Below, piece after piece: positions 19,224-29,135 of a DNA stretch of 64,000 bases. Below the pieces are notes generated by a model. It worked only from the letters and a program-made list of their open reading frames with translations. It had not been told where the DNA came from and did not search any database. The DNA comes from Candidatus Omnitrophota bacterium. GTDB lineage: Bacteria; Omnitrophota; Gorgyraeia; Zapsychrales; Fredricksoniimonadaceae. The stretch covers positions 2,820 through 66,819 of the forward strand of contig JACQCF010000018.1 in NCBI GenBank assembly GCA_016201795.1. The letters are read 5' to 3'. Every line of letters begins with the position of its first letter. Positions within the stretch are counted from its first letter, which is position 1. The translations under genes and the position numbers were made by a program.

Positions 19224-19584
19224 AATATTCATTCCACATTCCAAAATCAAAAAAACTGTTTTTACAGCGTGTCAGACGCTTAGATTATGCAAGTCTGAAA
19301 TTTCCGTGTGTTTTGTAGGCACCAGGCGTATGCGGCGTTTCAATAAGAAATATCTGGGGCATGATGAGGCGACGGATGTTTTGACGTTTGATTTTGGCGA
19401 AATGATGATCTGTCCGAAAGTGGCTGCGGCCAATGCCAAGAGGTTTAAAACATCAACGGAATATGAGCTTATCCTGTATGTTATCCACGGTCTTTTGCAT
19501 TTAGCCGGATACGACGATCGAAAGCCCGGGGATATCAAACGCATGCGGGCTAAGGAAAAAAAATTATTAGAACGCCTTCTATGA
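19192..19584 (+). CDS. ybeY: Endoribonuclease YbeY (rRNA maturation factor)
   Basis: The HGLLHLAGYDD zinc motif. Confidence 0.9.
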   Translation: MDITVRNLQSKIFIPHSKIKKTVFTACQTLRLCKSEISVCFVGTRRMRRFNKKYLGHDEATDVLTFDFGEMMICPKVAAANAKRFKTSTEYELILYVIHGLLHLAGYDDRKPGDIKRMRAKEKKLLERLL

Positions 19585-20069
19585 TCAAACGTCTGCTTGT
19601 GATTGCCCTGCTGGCTTACCTTTTCTTCCTTTTAGAATTTGTGCTCTACGATGCATTAGGCGTCTGGGGCAAACCGGAACTGATTTTGTTATTGGTTATT
19701 TTTTGGGGACTATATTCCGGTATTCGCTACAGCATTGCCGCTGCTATCCTCGGTGGGCTTTTAAAAGACACATTGAGTATATTACCTTTCGGTACGTATT
19801 TATTTGTTTTGTTGGCAGCGGCTTATTTGACCACGCTGGCGCGCCGTAATCTTTATCAACCCGGATCACCTTTTTCCCGGTGGGTGGTTGCTTTTTTTGT
19901 TTTCATAGGCGCCTTCTGTATTGAGGTCATGTTGTATGTCATGCGCCATGATGTGCGTTTAACAGAATTATTGATCAATATTTTCTTGCCTGAGCTAGTC
20001 ACCACCATGGTGGTGGTAACTTTTGTTTTTTATCGTCTGCGCGACGTGGCTATGTTTTTGAAATTATAA
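19581..20069 (+). CDS. mreD: Putative rod shape-determining protein MreD
   Basis: 162 aa with 4-5 TM helices. The segment KPELILLLVIFWGLYSGIRYSIAAAILGGLLKD fits the MreD pattern (GLLxD). It lies immediately upstream of PBP2. Confidence 0.5.
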   Translation: MIKRLLVIALLAYLFFLLEFVLYDALGVWGKPELILLLVIFWGLYSGIRYSIAAAILGGLLKDTLSILPFGTYLFVLLAAAYLTTLARRNLYQPGSPFSRWVVAFFVFIGAFCIEVMLYVMRHDVRLTELLINIFLPELVTTMVVVTFVFYRLRDVAMFLKL

Positions 20070-20097
20070 CCTGTACGGGCGGGGTCACCCCCTTACC

Positions 20098-21813
20098 ATG
20101 ATGCGTATCAAAATTACCGAGAATATCATTTTCTTTTCTTTTGGCCTGATTGTCGCCGCTTTGATCTATATGCAGACCATTAGAGGGGAGCATTATTATG
20201 ACCAAAGCGTTAACAACCGCATCCGGGTAATCCCCGTCGAGGGGCCGCGTGGTCTGATTCTCGATCGCAATGGTATTGTGGTGGCCGACAGCCATCCGGC
20301 TTACCACGTGGCCGTCATCACGCAGGACGTACAAGACTCCCAATCACTGTTTCATTTCTTAGGTGGCGTTCTTAAAAAAGACCCGCGGCTGTTACAAAAG
20401 CAGTTTATCCGTAAACGTAAAACTCCCTTTGCTGCGATTGTCTTAGGGCAAGACGTCGATCAGAAAACCGTTATTGCCGTCGAAGAAAATCGTTTTTTGT
20501 ATCCGGGGCTGGTGGTGGAAAAAACCTATGAGCGTCATTATCCTTTTGCACAGGCCGATGCCCACGCCATCGGCTATGTTGGCAAAATTGACCTCCATGA
20601 AGCCGAAGTTTTGCAGGATTATGGGTACAATCTTTTAAGCATCACCGGGAAAATGGGGGTTGAGAAAACGTATGATCCACTCTTGCGCGGAGAATCCGGC
20701 GGCCGTCAGATTGAAATCAACAATCGCGGTCAGGAGGTCAGACTGCTGGGGCTTAAAGAACCAGCCAAGGGTAAAGATATTCAGTTGACCATCGACCAGC
20801 GTATTCAAAGCGCAGGGGATGAATTTTTAGCGGGAAGACCAGGGGCGGTGGCGGTTATGGATTTAACCAACGGCGATCTTTTAGGACTGGTTAGTTCTCC
20901 GTCGTTTGATCCCAATGCGTTCGTGGATCGAAACCGTCAGGATCAGGCGATCTCTTATATACACGATGCCACGGCGCCGCTTTTAAATCGCGCCGTGGCC
21001 GGCCAGTATCCGCCGGGTTCCGTGTTTAAGATTTCCGTGGCATTGGCCGCCATCGAACTTCATAAAATTACTCCAGAAGCAACCTTCGATTGTCCGGGTT
21101 ATTATATGCTCGGCGCTACTAAGTTTAGTTGCGCTCACGTCCACGGCCAAGAGAATTTAAACCAGGCCATCGCGCATTCCTGCAACGTTTATTTTTTTCA
21201 CGTTGGACAAATTGTCACGGCACGGATCATCCAGCAGTATGCGAAGGCTTTCGGTTTGGGGCGTGCGACGGGAGTGGACTTGCCTTTTGAAGCCGCCGGT
21301 CAACTCATCGCAGGGCCTCGTCGAGGACAGCCGTGGTACATGGGTAATACTTTGAATTTTTCCATCGGTCAGGGCGATACTCTGACCACACCCTTGCAGA
21401 TTCTAGTCATGATGGCGGCGGTGGCTAATGACGGCGTGATTTTTCGTCCGCGCATCGTTAAAGCGGTGGATCATCGGGATTTACCCGGGCCCAATATCAC
21501 GAAGCTGCCGATTGTCCGTCTACACGATGTCACCTGGCGCACTATTCAGCAAGGGCTACGCTCGGTTATTACGGATGAAGAAGGCACGGCGCATAGGCTT
21601 AATAATCTTAAAGGGATGACTATTTATGGTAAAACCGGAACAGCTCAGGCGGGAACTTCTAAAGCTAACCACGCCTGGTTTGTAGGATACGTGCGTTCAC
21701 CTAAAAATAATTTAGCTTTTTGTGTATTTTTGGAGCACGGCGGCTCTTCAGCCAATGCGGTAGCTATCAGCTATGATTTGCTTTTGCGCATGCAATCTCT
21801 GGGAATCATTTGA
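20098..21813 (+). CDS. mrdA: Penicillin-binding protein 2 (peptidoglycan D,D-transpeptidase)
   Basis: An N-terminal TM helix, the SxxK motif (SVFK) and the KTG motif (KTGTA). Confidence 0.85.
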   Translation: MMRIKITENIIFFSFGLIVAALIYMQTIRGEHYYDQSVNNRIRVIPVEGPRGLILDRNGIVVADSHPAYHVAVITQDVQDSQSLFHFLGGVLKKDPRLLQKQFIRKRKTPFAAIVLGQDVDQKTVIAVEENRFLYPGLVVEKTYERHYPFAQADAHAIGYVGKIDLHEAEVLQDYGYNLLSITGKMGVEKTYDPLLRGESGGRQIEINNRGQEVRLLGLKEPAKGKDIQLTIDQRIQSAGDEFLAGRPGAVAVMDLTNGDLLGLVSSPSFDPNAFVDRNRQDQAISYIHDATAPLLNRAVAGQYPPGSVFKISVALAAIELHKITPEATFDCPGYYMLGATKFSCAHVHGQENLNQAIAHSCNVYFFHVGQIVTARIIQQYAKAFGLGRATGVDLPFEAAGQLIAGPRRGQPWYMGNTLNFSIGQGDTLTTPLQILVMMAAVANDGVIFRPRIVKAVDHRDLPGPNITKLPIVRLHDVTWRTIQQGLRSVITDEEGTAHRLNNLKGMTIYGKTGTAQAGTSKANHAWFVGYVRSPKNNLAFCVFLEHGGSSANAVAISYDLLLRMQSLGII

Positions 21814-21976
21814 TGGTTCGACTCGAATTTTTTAAGTATTCATTGTCACTTAAGAGAGGGATTTGTTAGGATAAAAATATGTCCACTCGTCCCGAGCATC
21901 CTAACTTTTTGTTTTTAGAATGAGAGGGACTCGGGACTATGGTGAGGAGATTGTTAATTCTTTGAGGCGACGAACC

Positions 21977-24088
21977 ATGGAATATAAAGAAGAATTTAAT
22001 ATTGCTTATATTACCTTTGACCAGCCTGATTCCAAAGTCAATGTGTTAAACGCCGCGGCTTTGCTCGAGTTTGAAAAAATCCTGGATCAATTGAAAAACA
22101 ACAGTTCACTCAAAGGCCTGGTCATTGGCAGCGCCAAAAAAGATATCTTTATCGCCGGGGCGGACATCAAAGAAATTGAAAACATCACCGACGTCACCGA
22201 CGGCAAGGCCAAGTCGCAGGCCGGCCAGGGCATCATGGATAAATTAGAAGATTTATCTATTCCGACGGTGGCCGTGATAGATGGCGCGGCTTTAGGCGGT
22301 GGATGTGAACTGGCTTTGGCCTGCCGCTGGCGCATCGCCACCTTTAACGAGAAAGTACGCATCGGCCTGCCTGAAGTCAATCTGGGCATTATTCCCGGTT
22401 TTGGCGGTACGTACCGGCTTCCAAGGCTTTTAGGTCTGCAGGGGGCGCTTAAAATTATTCTCTCCGGCACGCCGGTCGATTCCAAAACAGCTCTGAAAAC
22501 GGGCTTGGTGGACCGTCTCTATCCGCAGGCAGGTTTATCCGATCATGTAAGGGCATTTGTCGATGAAATCAGCCGGGCATCTGGGGAACGTACATACCCG
22601 GCGATTGTCAAAAGAGGACTCGATGCGTTTTTAGACCATAATTTTTTTGGCCGCAACGTGGTGTGTAAGAAATCCAAAGAGCAGGTGCTCAAAGCCACCA
22701 AAGGTTTTTATCCGGCACCGTTGCGTGCTCTGGAGGTTGTGCAAAAAACTTCGCGCTGCGGCCGGTCGATAGCGCTGGATATGGAGTCTAGCATTTTTGC
22801 CCAACTTGTCGTGACTGAGATTTCCAAGAATTTGGTGAAGGTTTTTTATCTTTCCGAGAAATTTAGAAAATTATCCGTGCCTGGCACAGAGAATATTACG
22901 CCTATGGTGGTGGCCAAGGCCGGGGTGCTGGGTGCTGGCATCATGGGCGGAGGCATTGCTCAATTATTGAGCCATCGCGGGGTGTGGGTGCGCCTGAAAG
23001 ATATTAGTTATGATGCCATCGCCAAGGGCCTTAAGGCGGCTTTCGAGGTGTATGCGCAAAGCCTTAAACGCAAGCGCATGAGACCTGCGGAGGCGGCGGC
23101 TAAAATGGCGATGATCTCAGGCACTCTTGATTACAGCGGGTTTGCCAATGCGGATATCGTCATTGAAGCTGTCCTGGAGAATATGGAGATTAAGAAAAAA
23201 GTTTTTGCGGAAGTGAGTCTTAATGTTTCGGCTAAAACTATTTTTGCTTCCAATACCTCATCGCTGTCTGTGACCGAAATGGCCGGCGTGATGGGGGACC
23301 CTTCCAGGGTGATCGGTTTTCATTTTTTTAATCCCGTACACAGGATGCCGCTGATTGAAGTGATCACGACGCCCCAAACCTCGAAAGAGACTTTGGTTGC
23401 CACTTTAGAATTTGCCAAACGTTTGGGCAAGACACCGATTATTGTTAAAGACTCACCGGGATTTTTGGTCAACCGCATTTTGCTGGCTTATATTAATGAA
23501 GCCGGGCGCCTTTTACAAGAGGGTGGTACCATCGAGCATTTAGACAAGATCGCCACGGATTTTGGTATGCCCATGGGGCCCTTCACCTTATCCGATGAGG
23601 TGGGTTTGGATGTAGGCGTTAAGGTGCTGCATGTCCTTGAATCCGGCTTGGGAGCTCGGTTTAAATCCTGTACGATTTTTGATGAAGCTTTTCATTTGAA
23701 ACTGCTGGGCAAAAAATCTGGCAAAGGTTTTTATATTCATGGCGCCGAGCGTCAGGTCAATAGGCACCTCCAGGCTTTGGTCAAAGGCCGCAGTCGGGTA
23801 TCGGACAGGGAAGCTTTAACGCGTATGACACATGTGATGATCAATGAAGCCGCGCGCATTTTACAAGAGGGGATTGTCGAGGGGGCTGATACCGTTGATG
23901 TGGGGATGGTTATGGGGACCGGCTTTCCGGCGTTTCGCGGCGGGCTTTTGCGTTACGCGGACTTCTTAGGCATTGACCAGATCGTGTCGGATTTGGAAGA
24001 ATTAGAGAATCGTTTTAAAGACGGCCGCTTTAAAGTAGCCGAGTATCTTTTGAATTTAAAAGCGCAGGGCCGGCAATTTTTTAATTAA
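21977..24088 (+). CDS. Fatty-acid oxidation multifunctional enzyme (enoyl-CoA hydratase / 3-hydroxyacyl-CoA dehydrogenase), FadB/FadJ-like
   Basis: N-terminal crotonase fold (AGADIKE). A central NAD Rossmann fold (GVLGAGIMGGGIA). A C-terminal 3HCDH domain. An alternative start is at 21920. Confidence 0.85.
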   Translation: MEYKEEFNIAYITFDQPDSKVNVLNAAALLEFEKILDQLKNNSSLKGLVIGSAKKDIFIAGADIKEIENITDVTDGKAKSQAGQGIMDKLEDLSIPTVAVIDGAALGGGCELALACRWRIATFNEKVRIGLPEVNLGIIPGFGGTYRLPRLLGLQGALKIILSGTPVDSKTALKTGLVDRLYPQAGLSDHVRAFVDEISRASGERTYPAIVKRGLDAFLDHNFFGRNVVCKKSKEQVLKATKGFYPAPLRALEVVQKTSRCGRSIALDMESSIFAQLVVTEISKNLVKVFYLSEKFRKLSVPGTENITPMVVAKAGVLGAGIMGGGIAQLLSHRGVWVRLKDISYDAIAKGLKAAFEVYAQSLKRKRMRPAEAAAKMAMISGTLDYSGFANADIVIEAVLENMEIKKKVFAEVSLNVSAKTIFASNTSSLSVTEMAGVMGDPSRVIGFHFFNPVHRMPLIEVITTPQTSKETLVATLEFAKRLGKTPIIVKDSPGFLVNRILLAYINEAGRLLQEGGTIEHLDKIATDFGMPMGPFTLSDEVGLDVGVKVLHVLESGLGARFKSCTIFDEAFHLKLLGKKSGKGFYIHGAERQVNRHLQALVKGRSRVSDREALTRMTHVMINEAARILQEGIVEGADTVDVGMVMGTGFPAFRGGLLRYADFLGIDQIVSDLEELENRFKDGRFKVAEYLLNLKAQGRQFFN

Positions 24089-24090
24089 AT

Positions 24091-24648
24091 ATGCAACAGG
24101 AAACCAAACGAACATTATTGATAACCCTTTGGTGGAGCGCTGCCGGAGTTTTAGCCGCTGGCGTCCTTTGGTGGTGGTTCTTTTTTAGCCAGTTTGCTTT
24201 TTATCACGACAGCGAATATAAATTCAGCGTTAAATACCTTAAAAGTTGGGAAAAGATTGAGCGTTCGCAGGGGACAGCTGTTATTTTTGTGCGTCCCAAA
24301 CAAACAGCGCTGGATATATTTGAGCCCAATGTGAATATTACGGTGCAGGAAGTACCGGCGAAGATCGCCACCCTTTTGAGTTTTTCCCAGACCATCACCA
24401 AACAGATGACGGTGGTTTTTAAGAAGAATATCCATATTCTGGAAGATAAAGATTTTACTTTTGCTCACCGGGGCGGACATCGGTTGATCCTTGAAGCTCC
24501 CCAGCCAGACAACTTAAAGCTCACTTTTGTCTGGACCATCAAAGGCCCTTTCGCCTATATTTTTACCTTCATTGCCAAGACTGACCAGTACAAAGTTTTA
24601 TGGCCTGCTATCAATCAGATGATTGAATCGTTTGAATTGACCCATTAG
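24091..24648 (+). CDS. Membrane-anchored hypothetical protein
   Basis: 185 aa. An N-terminal TM helix rich in Trp (LWWSAAGVLAAGVLWWWFFF) is followed by a soluble domain. Confidence 0.5.
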   Translation: MQQETKRTLLITLWWSAAGVLAAGVLWWWFFFSQFAFYHDSEYKFSVKYLKSWEKIERSQGTAVIFVRPKQTALDIFEPNVNITVQEVPAKIATLLSFSQTITKQMTVVFKKNIHILEDKDFTFAHRGGHRLILEAPQPDNLKLTFVWTIKGPFAYIFTFIAKTDQYKVLWPAINQMIESFELTH

Positions 24649-24670
24649 GTGTTTTATATCGGGGGTCAAA

Positions 24671-25318
24671 TCACAAGCCCATGCGTTCGCTTAAAAATTC
24701 CTGCAGATTTTTGCATTGTAGATAAGGATTGGTTTGTTTTTGATGGCTCAAGGTATCGGTGGGGGTGGGGCCGTAGTTATGGCCTGGGTAAATGACGGTG
24801 TTGTCGGGAAGTTTCATAAGGACGTTGGTGAGGCTATTGTACATAATTTTTGGATCTGAGCCGGGCAAATCACATCGGCCGCAGCCATCGACAAAAAGCG
24901 TATCGCCGCAGATGAGCTGCTCCTGGGATAAGAAGCATTGACAGCCGGGCGTGTGGCCAGGGGTATGGAGGACATCAAAAGTAGTTTGGCCAAGCTTCAA
25001 GGTTTCTTTATCTTTGACATTGACGAGGTTTTTAAGATTTTTACGCAAGAAGACAGCCTCATGCTTGGAAATATACACGGGAACATCATGCAGGGCTAAA
25101 AGTTCATCGAGTCCGTTGACATGATCCGGGTGAGCATGAGTCAAGAACACCTGGGTGATTTTAAAACCCAGTTGTTTGGCCTGCCGGCATAAAAAGGGCA
25201 CATCCCACCCCGGGTCCACGACCGCCATTTCTTTGGTAGCCTCATCCCCTAAAAGGTAAAGGAAGTTATTTAAAGGGCCGATTTCGTATTGTTTGATGAC
25301 TAGCGACTTACTTGACAT
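24671..25318 (-). CDS. MBL-fold metallo-hydrolase (glyoxalase II-like)
   Basis: THAHPDH metal-binding motif, 215 aa. Confidence 0.85.
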   Translation of the reverse strand: MSSKSLVIKQYEIGPLNNFLYLLGDEATKEMAVVDPGWDVPFLCRQAKQLGFKITQVFLTHAHPDHVNGLDELLALHDVPVYISKHEAVFLRKNLKNLVNVKDKETLKLGQTTFDVLHTPGHTPGCQCFLSQEQLICGDTLFVDGCGRCDLPGSDPKIMYNSLTNVLMKLPDNTVIYPGHNYGPTPTDTLSHQKQTNPYLQCKNLQEFLSERMGL

Positions 25319-25357
25319 AGCAAAGTATCCTCTTATAATGAAAAAGTTTGAAAGTTT

Positions 25358-25444
25358 GTGTCATTGCGAACGAAGTGAAGCAATCTTTTAAAAGGATTGC
25401 TTCGTCGGTAGAAATTATATAGACAATCCTCCTCGCAATGACAC
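25358..25444. repeat. Nested-palindrome intergenic repeat, copy A
   Basis: Outer inverted repeat gtgtcattgcga … tcgcaatgacac. Inner inverted repeat cgaagtgaagcaatc / gattgcttcgtcg with loop ttttaaaa. It sits in the divergent promoter region between the MBL hydrolase and the redoxin gene. Confidence 0.6.
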
Positions 25445-25480
25445 TCATATTATAGCATAATAAAATATGGAGGTAATCAA

Positions 25481-26032
25481 ATGGCTTTGTTAGAGTCAAT
25501 TAAAATCCCTTTAGGAACATTGATGCCGGATTTTGAACTTAAAGATCCGTCTGGTCAATCGTATAAAGGGCGTGGGCTTTATGGCGAGCGGGGATTGTTG
25601 GTGATTTTTACGTGCAACCATTGTCCTTATGCGTTGGCCGTGTGGCCGCGGGTGATTCGTCTGGCTAAATACGCCCTTGGCATGCGCGTTCTTACGGTGG
25701 CCATTAACCCTAACATCAATCCCGATTATCCCGACGATGCGCCGGATAAAATGATCGAAAAAATCAAAGAGCTGGCCATTGAATTTCCGTATTTGGTCGA
25801 TGAAACCCAAAAGGTGGCCAATGCCTTCCGTGCTCAATGCACGCCGGATATTTATCTGTTTAATAAAGACCGTCAGCTGGTCTATCACGGCCGTATTGAT
25901 GACAATTGGAAAGAAGAAGATAAAGTTACCCGTGAGGAACTCAAAGAAGCAATGAACAACATGGCCGCGGGCCGTCCGGTGGATTCCAAACAAATGCCCT
26001 CGATGGGCTGTTCCATTAAATGGAGAACGTAG
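25481..26032 (+). CDS. Thioredoxin-fold protein (redoxin / TlpA-like)
   Basis: CxxC-type motif CNHCPY in a thioredoxin-like context, 183 aa. Confidence 0.6.
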   Translation: MALLESIKIPLGTLMPDFELKDPSGQSYKGRGLYGERGLLVIFTCNHCPYALAVWPRVIRLAKYALGMRVLTVAINPNINPDYPDDAPDKMIEKIKELAIEFPYLVDETQKVANAFRAQCTPDIYLFNKDRQLVYHGRIDDNWKEEDKVTREELKEAMNNMAAGRPVDSKQMPSMGCSIKWRT

Positions 26033-26033
26033 A

Positions 26034-27365
26034 ATGCCAGCCTGGCGCCGGGATCTAAGCTCGCCTACATTAAGGGAAGTCCACGCTTCCATACCTGTTC
26101 TTCAGACAGCTTCGTTTTGGAGAAAGCTTTTGGCTTTCGTTGGTCCCGGTTTGATGGTGGCCGTCGGTTACATGGACCCGGGCAATTGGGCGACCGATTT
26201 GGCCGGGGGGGCTAAATTTGGTTACACCCTGCTGTCGGTTATTTTAATCTCTAATTTTATGGCCATCCTTTTACAGTATTTGGCCTTGAAACTGGGGATT
26301 GTCACGGGCCGCGATTTGGCCCAGGCTTGCCGCGACCATTATTCCAAACCCATGGTCATTTTTTTATGGATCATCTGTGAAATCGCCATCACGGCCTGCG
26401 ATCTGGCGGAAGTCATTGGCTCAGCCATTGCCCTTAATCTTTTATTCGGAATTCCTCTGGTCATCGGTGTTTTGATTACGGCGGCGGATGTGCTGATTGT
26501 ATTATTTCTGCAGAATAAAGGATTTCGGATTTTGGAATGTTTGGTGACAGGGCTTATTGTCATTATCGGCGGATGTTTTGCCTATGAATTGGCGATTTCG
26601 CATCCGGCCTGGGGTCTGATGGTGGGCAACCTTTTGCCTAGACCCGAAATTGTCGTCAATCCAGGGATGCTGTATATTTCGATAGGGATTTTAGGCGCCA
26701 CCGTCATGCCGCATAATTTGTATTTACATTCCAGCATCGTCCAGACCAGGGCCTTTGAGCGCAATGACCGGGGCCGCGCCATGGCGATTCGTTACGCCAC
26801 CTTCGATTCCACCTTTGCTTTGTTTTGTGCTTTTTTTATTAATGCCGCCATTTTGATTGTAAGCGCGGCCATTTTTCATGGGACATCCCATGAAAATGTC
26901 GCAGATATCAACGATGCCTACAATCTTTTAACTCCCATCCTGGGAACTCCTTTGGCTGCCCTTTTATTTGCGGTGGCTTTATTGGCCTCCGGTCAGAACT
27001 CCACTTTAACAGGGACTCTGGCAGGACAGATTGTGATGGAAGGATTTTTGGATATCCGCCTTCGTCCGTGGATGAGGCGTTTGATGACCCGTTTGATGGC
27101 CATTGTTCCCGCTATTATAGTGGCGGCCATGTTTGGACAAAAGGGTGCGGGCAGTCTTTTGATTTTAAGCCAGGTTATTTTATCGTTACAATTGGGATTT
27201 GCCGTGGTTCCTTTGGTTTTCTTTACCAATGACTCCGTCAAAATGGGGCGTTTTGTCAATGGTGGGTGGCTTAAAGTGTTGGCCTGGGCGGTCACCGCTG
27301 TTATAATATTATTGAATGTTTGTTTGTTGATTCAGATCATGCTTCCCTTTGCAAAAGGAGGTTAG
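26034..27365 (+). CDS. mntH: Nramp-family divalent metal (Mn2+/Fe2+) transporter
   Basis: Signature GPGLMVAVGYMDPGNWATDLAGGA, with about 11 TM helices. Confidence 0.9.
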   Translation: MPAWRRDLSSPTLREVHASIPVLQTASFWRKLLAFVGPGLMVAVGYMDPGNWATDLAGGAKFGYTLLSVILISNFMAILLQYLALKLGIVTGRDLAQACRDHYSKPMVIFLWIICEIAITACDLAEVIGSAIALNLLFGIPLVIGVLITAADVLIVLFLQNKGFRILECLVTGLIVIIGGCFAYELAISHPAWGLMVGNLLPRPEIVVNPGMLYISIGILGATVMPHNLYLHSSIVQTRAFERNDRGRAMAIRYATFDSTFALFCAFFINAAILIVSAAIFHGTSHENVADINDAYNLLTPILGTPLAALLFAVALLASGQNSTLTGTLAGQIVMEGFLDIRLRPWMRRLMTRLMAIVPAIIVAAMFGQKGAGSLLILSQVILSLQLGFAVVPLVFFTNDSVKMGRFVNGGWLKVLAWAVTAVIILLNVCLLIQIMLPFAKGG

Positions 27366-27369
27366 GCCT

Positions 27370-27801
27370 ATGTATCGGAAAATTCTTATTTCCTTAGACA
27401 ATTCCCCGACGGACGAAACGATTCTGGTGCATATCAGGCCTTTGGCCCGATTAATGAAAGCAGAGCTTGTTCTGGTTCATGTGGCGGATGGTTTTGCCGC
27501 TCGCCTGCAGGATGAGCTGAATCTGGCGGATTCTGAGGAAATTAAAAAGGATCAGGGATATTTGGATGGCCGTTGTCAAGAGCTGACACAACAAGGTTTT
27601 AAGGTCAAATCCATCTTGGCGCAAGGCAAAGAACCTGCGGAGGGTATTTTAAACGTTGCTGGCAGCGAAGGCTGTGATTTGATTGCCATGGCCACCCATG
27701 GCCACAAGTTTGTCAAAGATGTGCTTTTAGGTTCGGTGGCGGAAAATTTAAGACACCGTACCGATATTCCCATCCTCATGGTCCGTTCGCATTTAAAATG
27801 A
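27370..27801 (+). CDS. Universal stress protein (UspA family)
   Basis: 143 aa (…LVLVHV…GSVAENL…PILMV). The RBS aaggagg lies 9 nt upstream. Confidence 0.85.
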   Translation: MYRKILISLDNSPTDETILVHIRPLARLMKAELVLVHVADGFAARLQDELNLADSEEIKKDQGYLDGRCQELTQQGFKVKSILAQGKEPAEGILNVAGSEGCDLIAMATHGHKFVKDVLLGSVAENLRHRTDIPILMVRSHLK

Positions 27802-28979
27802 CCCATCAACCTAAAACTATAGAATTTATAAACCGTATTACAGAGGCTCTGGATCAAGAGCAGATTTTAAAAGATTTGACCGAAAATGTCAGCGGTCCTT
27901 TTGATTGGGGTGTTTTATTTGTGACACCCTGGCGGCCGTATGAGCCCATCGAACTTTATCAGGCGCTGGCTGGGCGCGTGGGTATTAAACATTTTTTTTG
28001 CTGCACCTGTGCTGGCATTATCGGCACCCAACGGGAAATTGAGGGCAGGCCGGCCGCGTCTTTGATGTTAGCCAGGCTACCAGGAGTTGCGGTCAATCCT
28101 TTTTATTTGAATCAGGTACAATTAGAAGGCTTGCAAACACCGGAGGCCTTATACGATTTTTTTGAAATTTATCCCAATGAATCGCCTTCCTTTCTGGTAC
28201 TACCCGATCCTTTTGCCATTGATACCAATCGTTTTTTAAGAGTTTTGAATCAGGCCTATAAGGGAGCCGCCATTATCGGTGGACTCGCCAGTGCGGCTTC
28301 GGGGCCTCAAGAGAACGTCTTGATCATCAATGGCCAGTCCTATCAAGAAGGTCTGATGGGGGTGGTTTTAAGCGGTTCTCTTAAAATAGAGGCCGTGGTC
28401 TCTCAAGGGTGCCGTCCTTTTGGACAGACCTTTATTGTTACCAAAGCCAAAGATAACATCATTTATGAATTAGCCGGCCAGTCGTTTTATAAAGTGCTGG
28501 AGAGCGTTTTAAAGGCAGGCACGGATTATGACCGGCATTTGGCCCGCGAAGCGATTTTTGTGGGGATCGCCATCAATGAGTATCAACAGGAGTTTAAACG
28601 CGGAGATTTTTTGATCCGTCCGGTGATGGCCATTGACCCGGCCACGGGGGCCGGGGCCATTGGTGATTATGTTAGCGTTGGGCAGACCGTTCAGTTTCAT
28701 TTACGCGATGCCAAGACCGCCCATGAAGATTTGCATGAGCTTTTAAAATTACAAAGAACAAAAGCGACTCAAAACCTTAAGGGAGCCCTGGTGTTTTCCT
28801 GCAATGGCCGGGGGCTTAATTTGTTTAAAGAATTTAACCATGATATCCGTATTATTCAACAGCATTTAGGCCCTGTGCCGGCCGCCGGATTTTTTTGCGC
28901 CGGTGAAATCGGCCCTGTGGGGGGCGTGAATTTTCTGCACGGCTTTACCAATAGCATGGCCTTGTTTTATGCGAAATAA
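27798..28979 (+). CDS. FIST-domain protein (putative sensory domain protein)
   Basis: 393 aa. The architecture and conserved segments are compatible with FIST_N/FIST_C. The call is tentative. Confidence 0.5.
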   Translation: MTHQPKTIEFINRITEALDQEQILKDLTENVSGPFDWGVLFVTPWRPYEPIELYQALAGRVGIKHFFCCTCAGIIGTQREIEGRPAASLMLARLPGVAVNPFYLNQVQLEGLQTPEALYDFFEIYPNESPSFLVLPDPFAIDTNRFLRVLNQAYKGAAIIGGLASAASGPQENVLIINGQSYQEGLMGVVLSGSLKIEAVVSQGCRPFGQTFIVTKAKDNIIYELAGQSFYKVLESVLKAGTDYDRHLAREAIFVGIAINEYQQEFKRGDFLIRPVMAIDPATGAGAIGDYVSVGQTVQFHLRDAKTAHEDLHELLKLQRTKATQNLKGALVFSCNGRGLNLFKEFNHDIRIIQQHLGPVPAAGFFCAGEIGPVGGVNFLHGFTNSMALFYAK

Positions 28980-29135
28980 TTACGATTTTAGGATTTGATT
29001 TTTAGCTTCAGGGATGCTATATTTTTAATAGAAAGCCGATTGTGATCATCAATGGTCTACAGGCCCGCAGATGCAGGGGGGCACACCAGACAAGAGATAA
29101 AGACAGATGACACGATTGGCTTTTATGTTATAATG

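Noticed and set aside
21815-21830. The ggttcgactcg T-loop-like sequence that suggests a tRNA.
   Set aside because: No acceptor or D/anticodon arms can be built around it. I found no convincing tRNA cloverleaf anywhere in the window.
22087-22485. Minus-strand ORFs of 60-190 aa embedded in large plus-strand genes. Examples are 22087-22485 in fadB, 57800-58366 in mreB, 31696-32235 in trpB, and 18636-19082 in the HD gene.
   Set aside because: They fully overlap well-supported conserved genes on the opposite strand. They are typical antisense shadow ORFs of GC-moderate DNA, with no RBS and no motifs.
25308-25499. The 63-aa minus-strand ORF spanning repeat copy A.
   Set aside because: It is translated from the palindromic repeat itself. 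No RBS. Almost certainly spurious.
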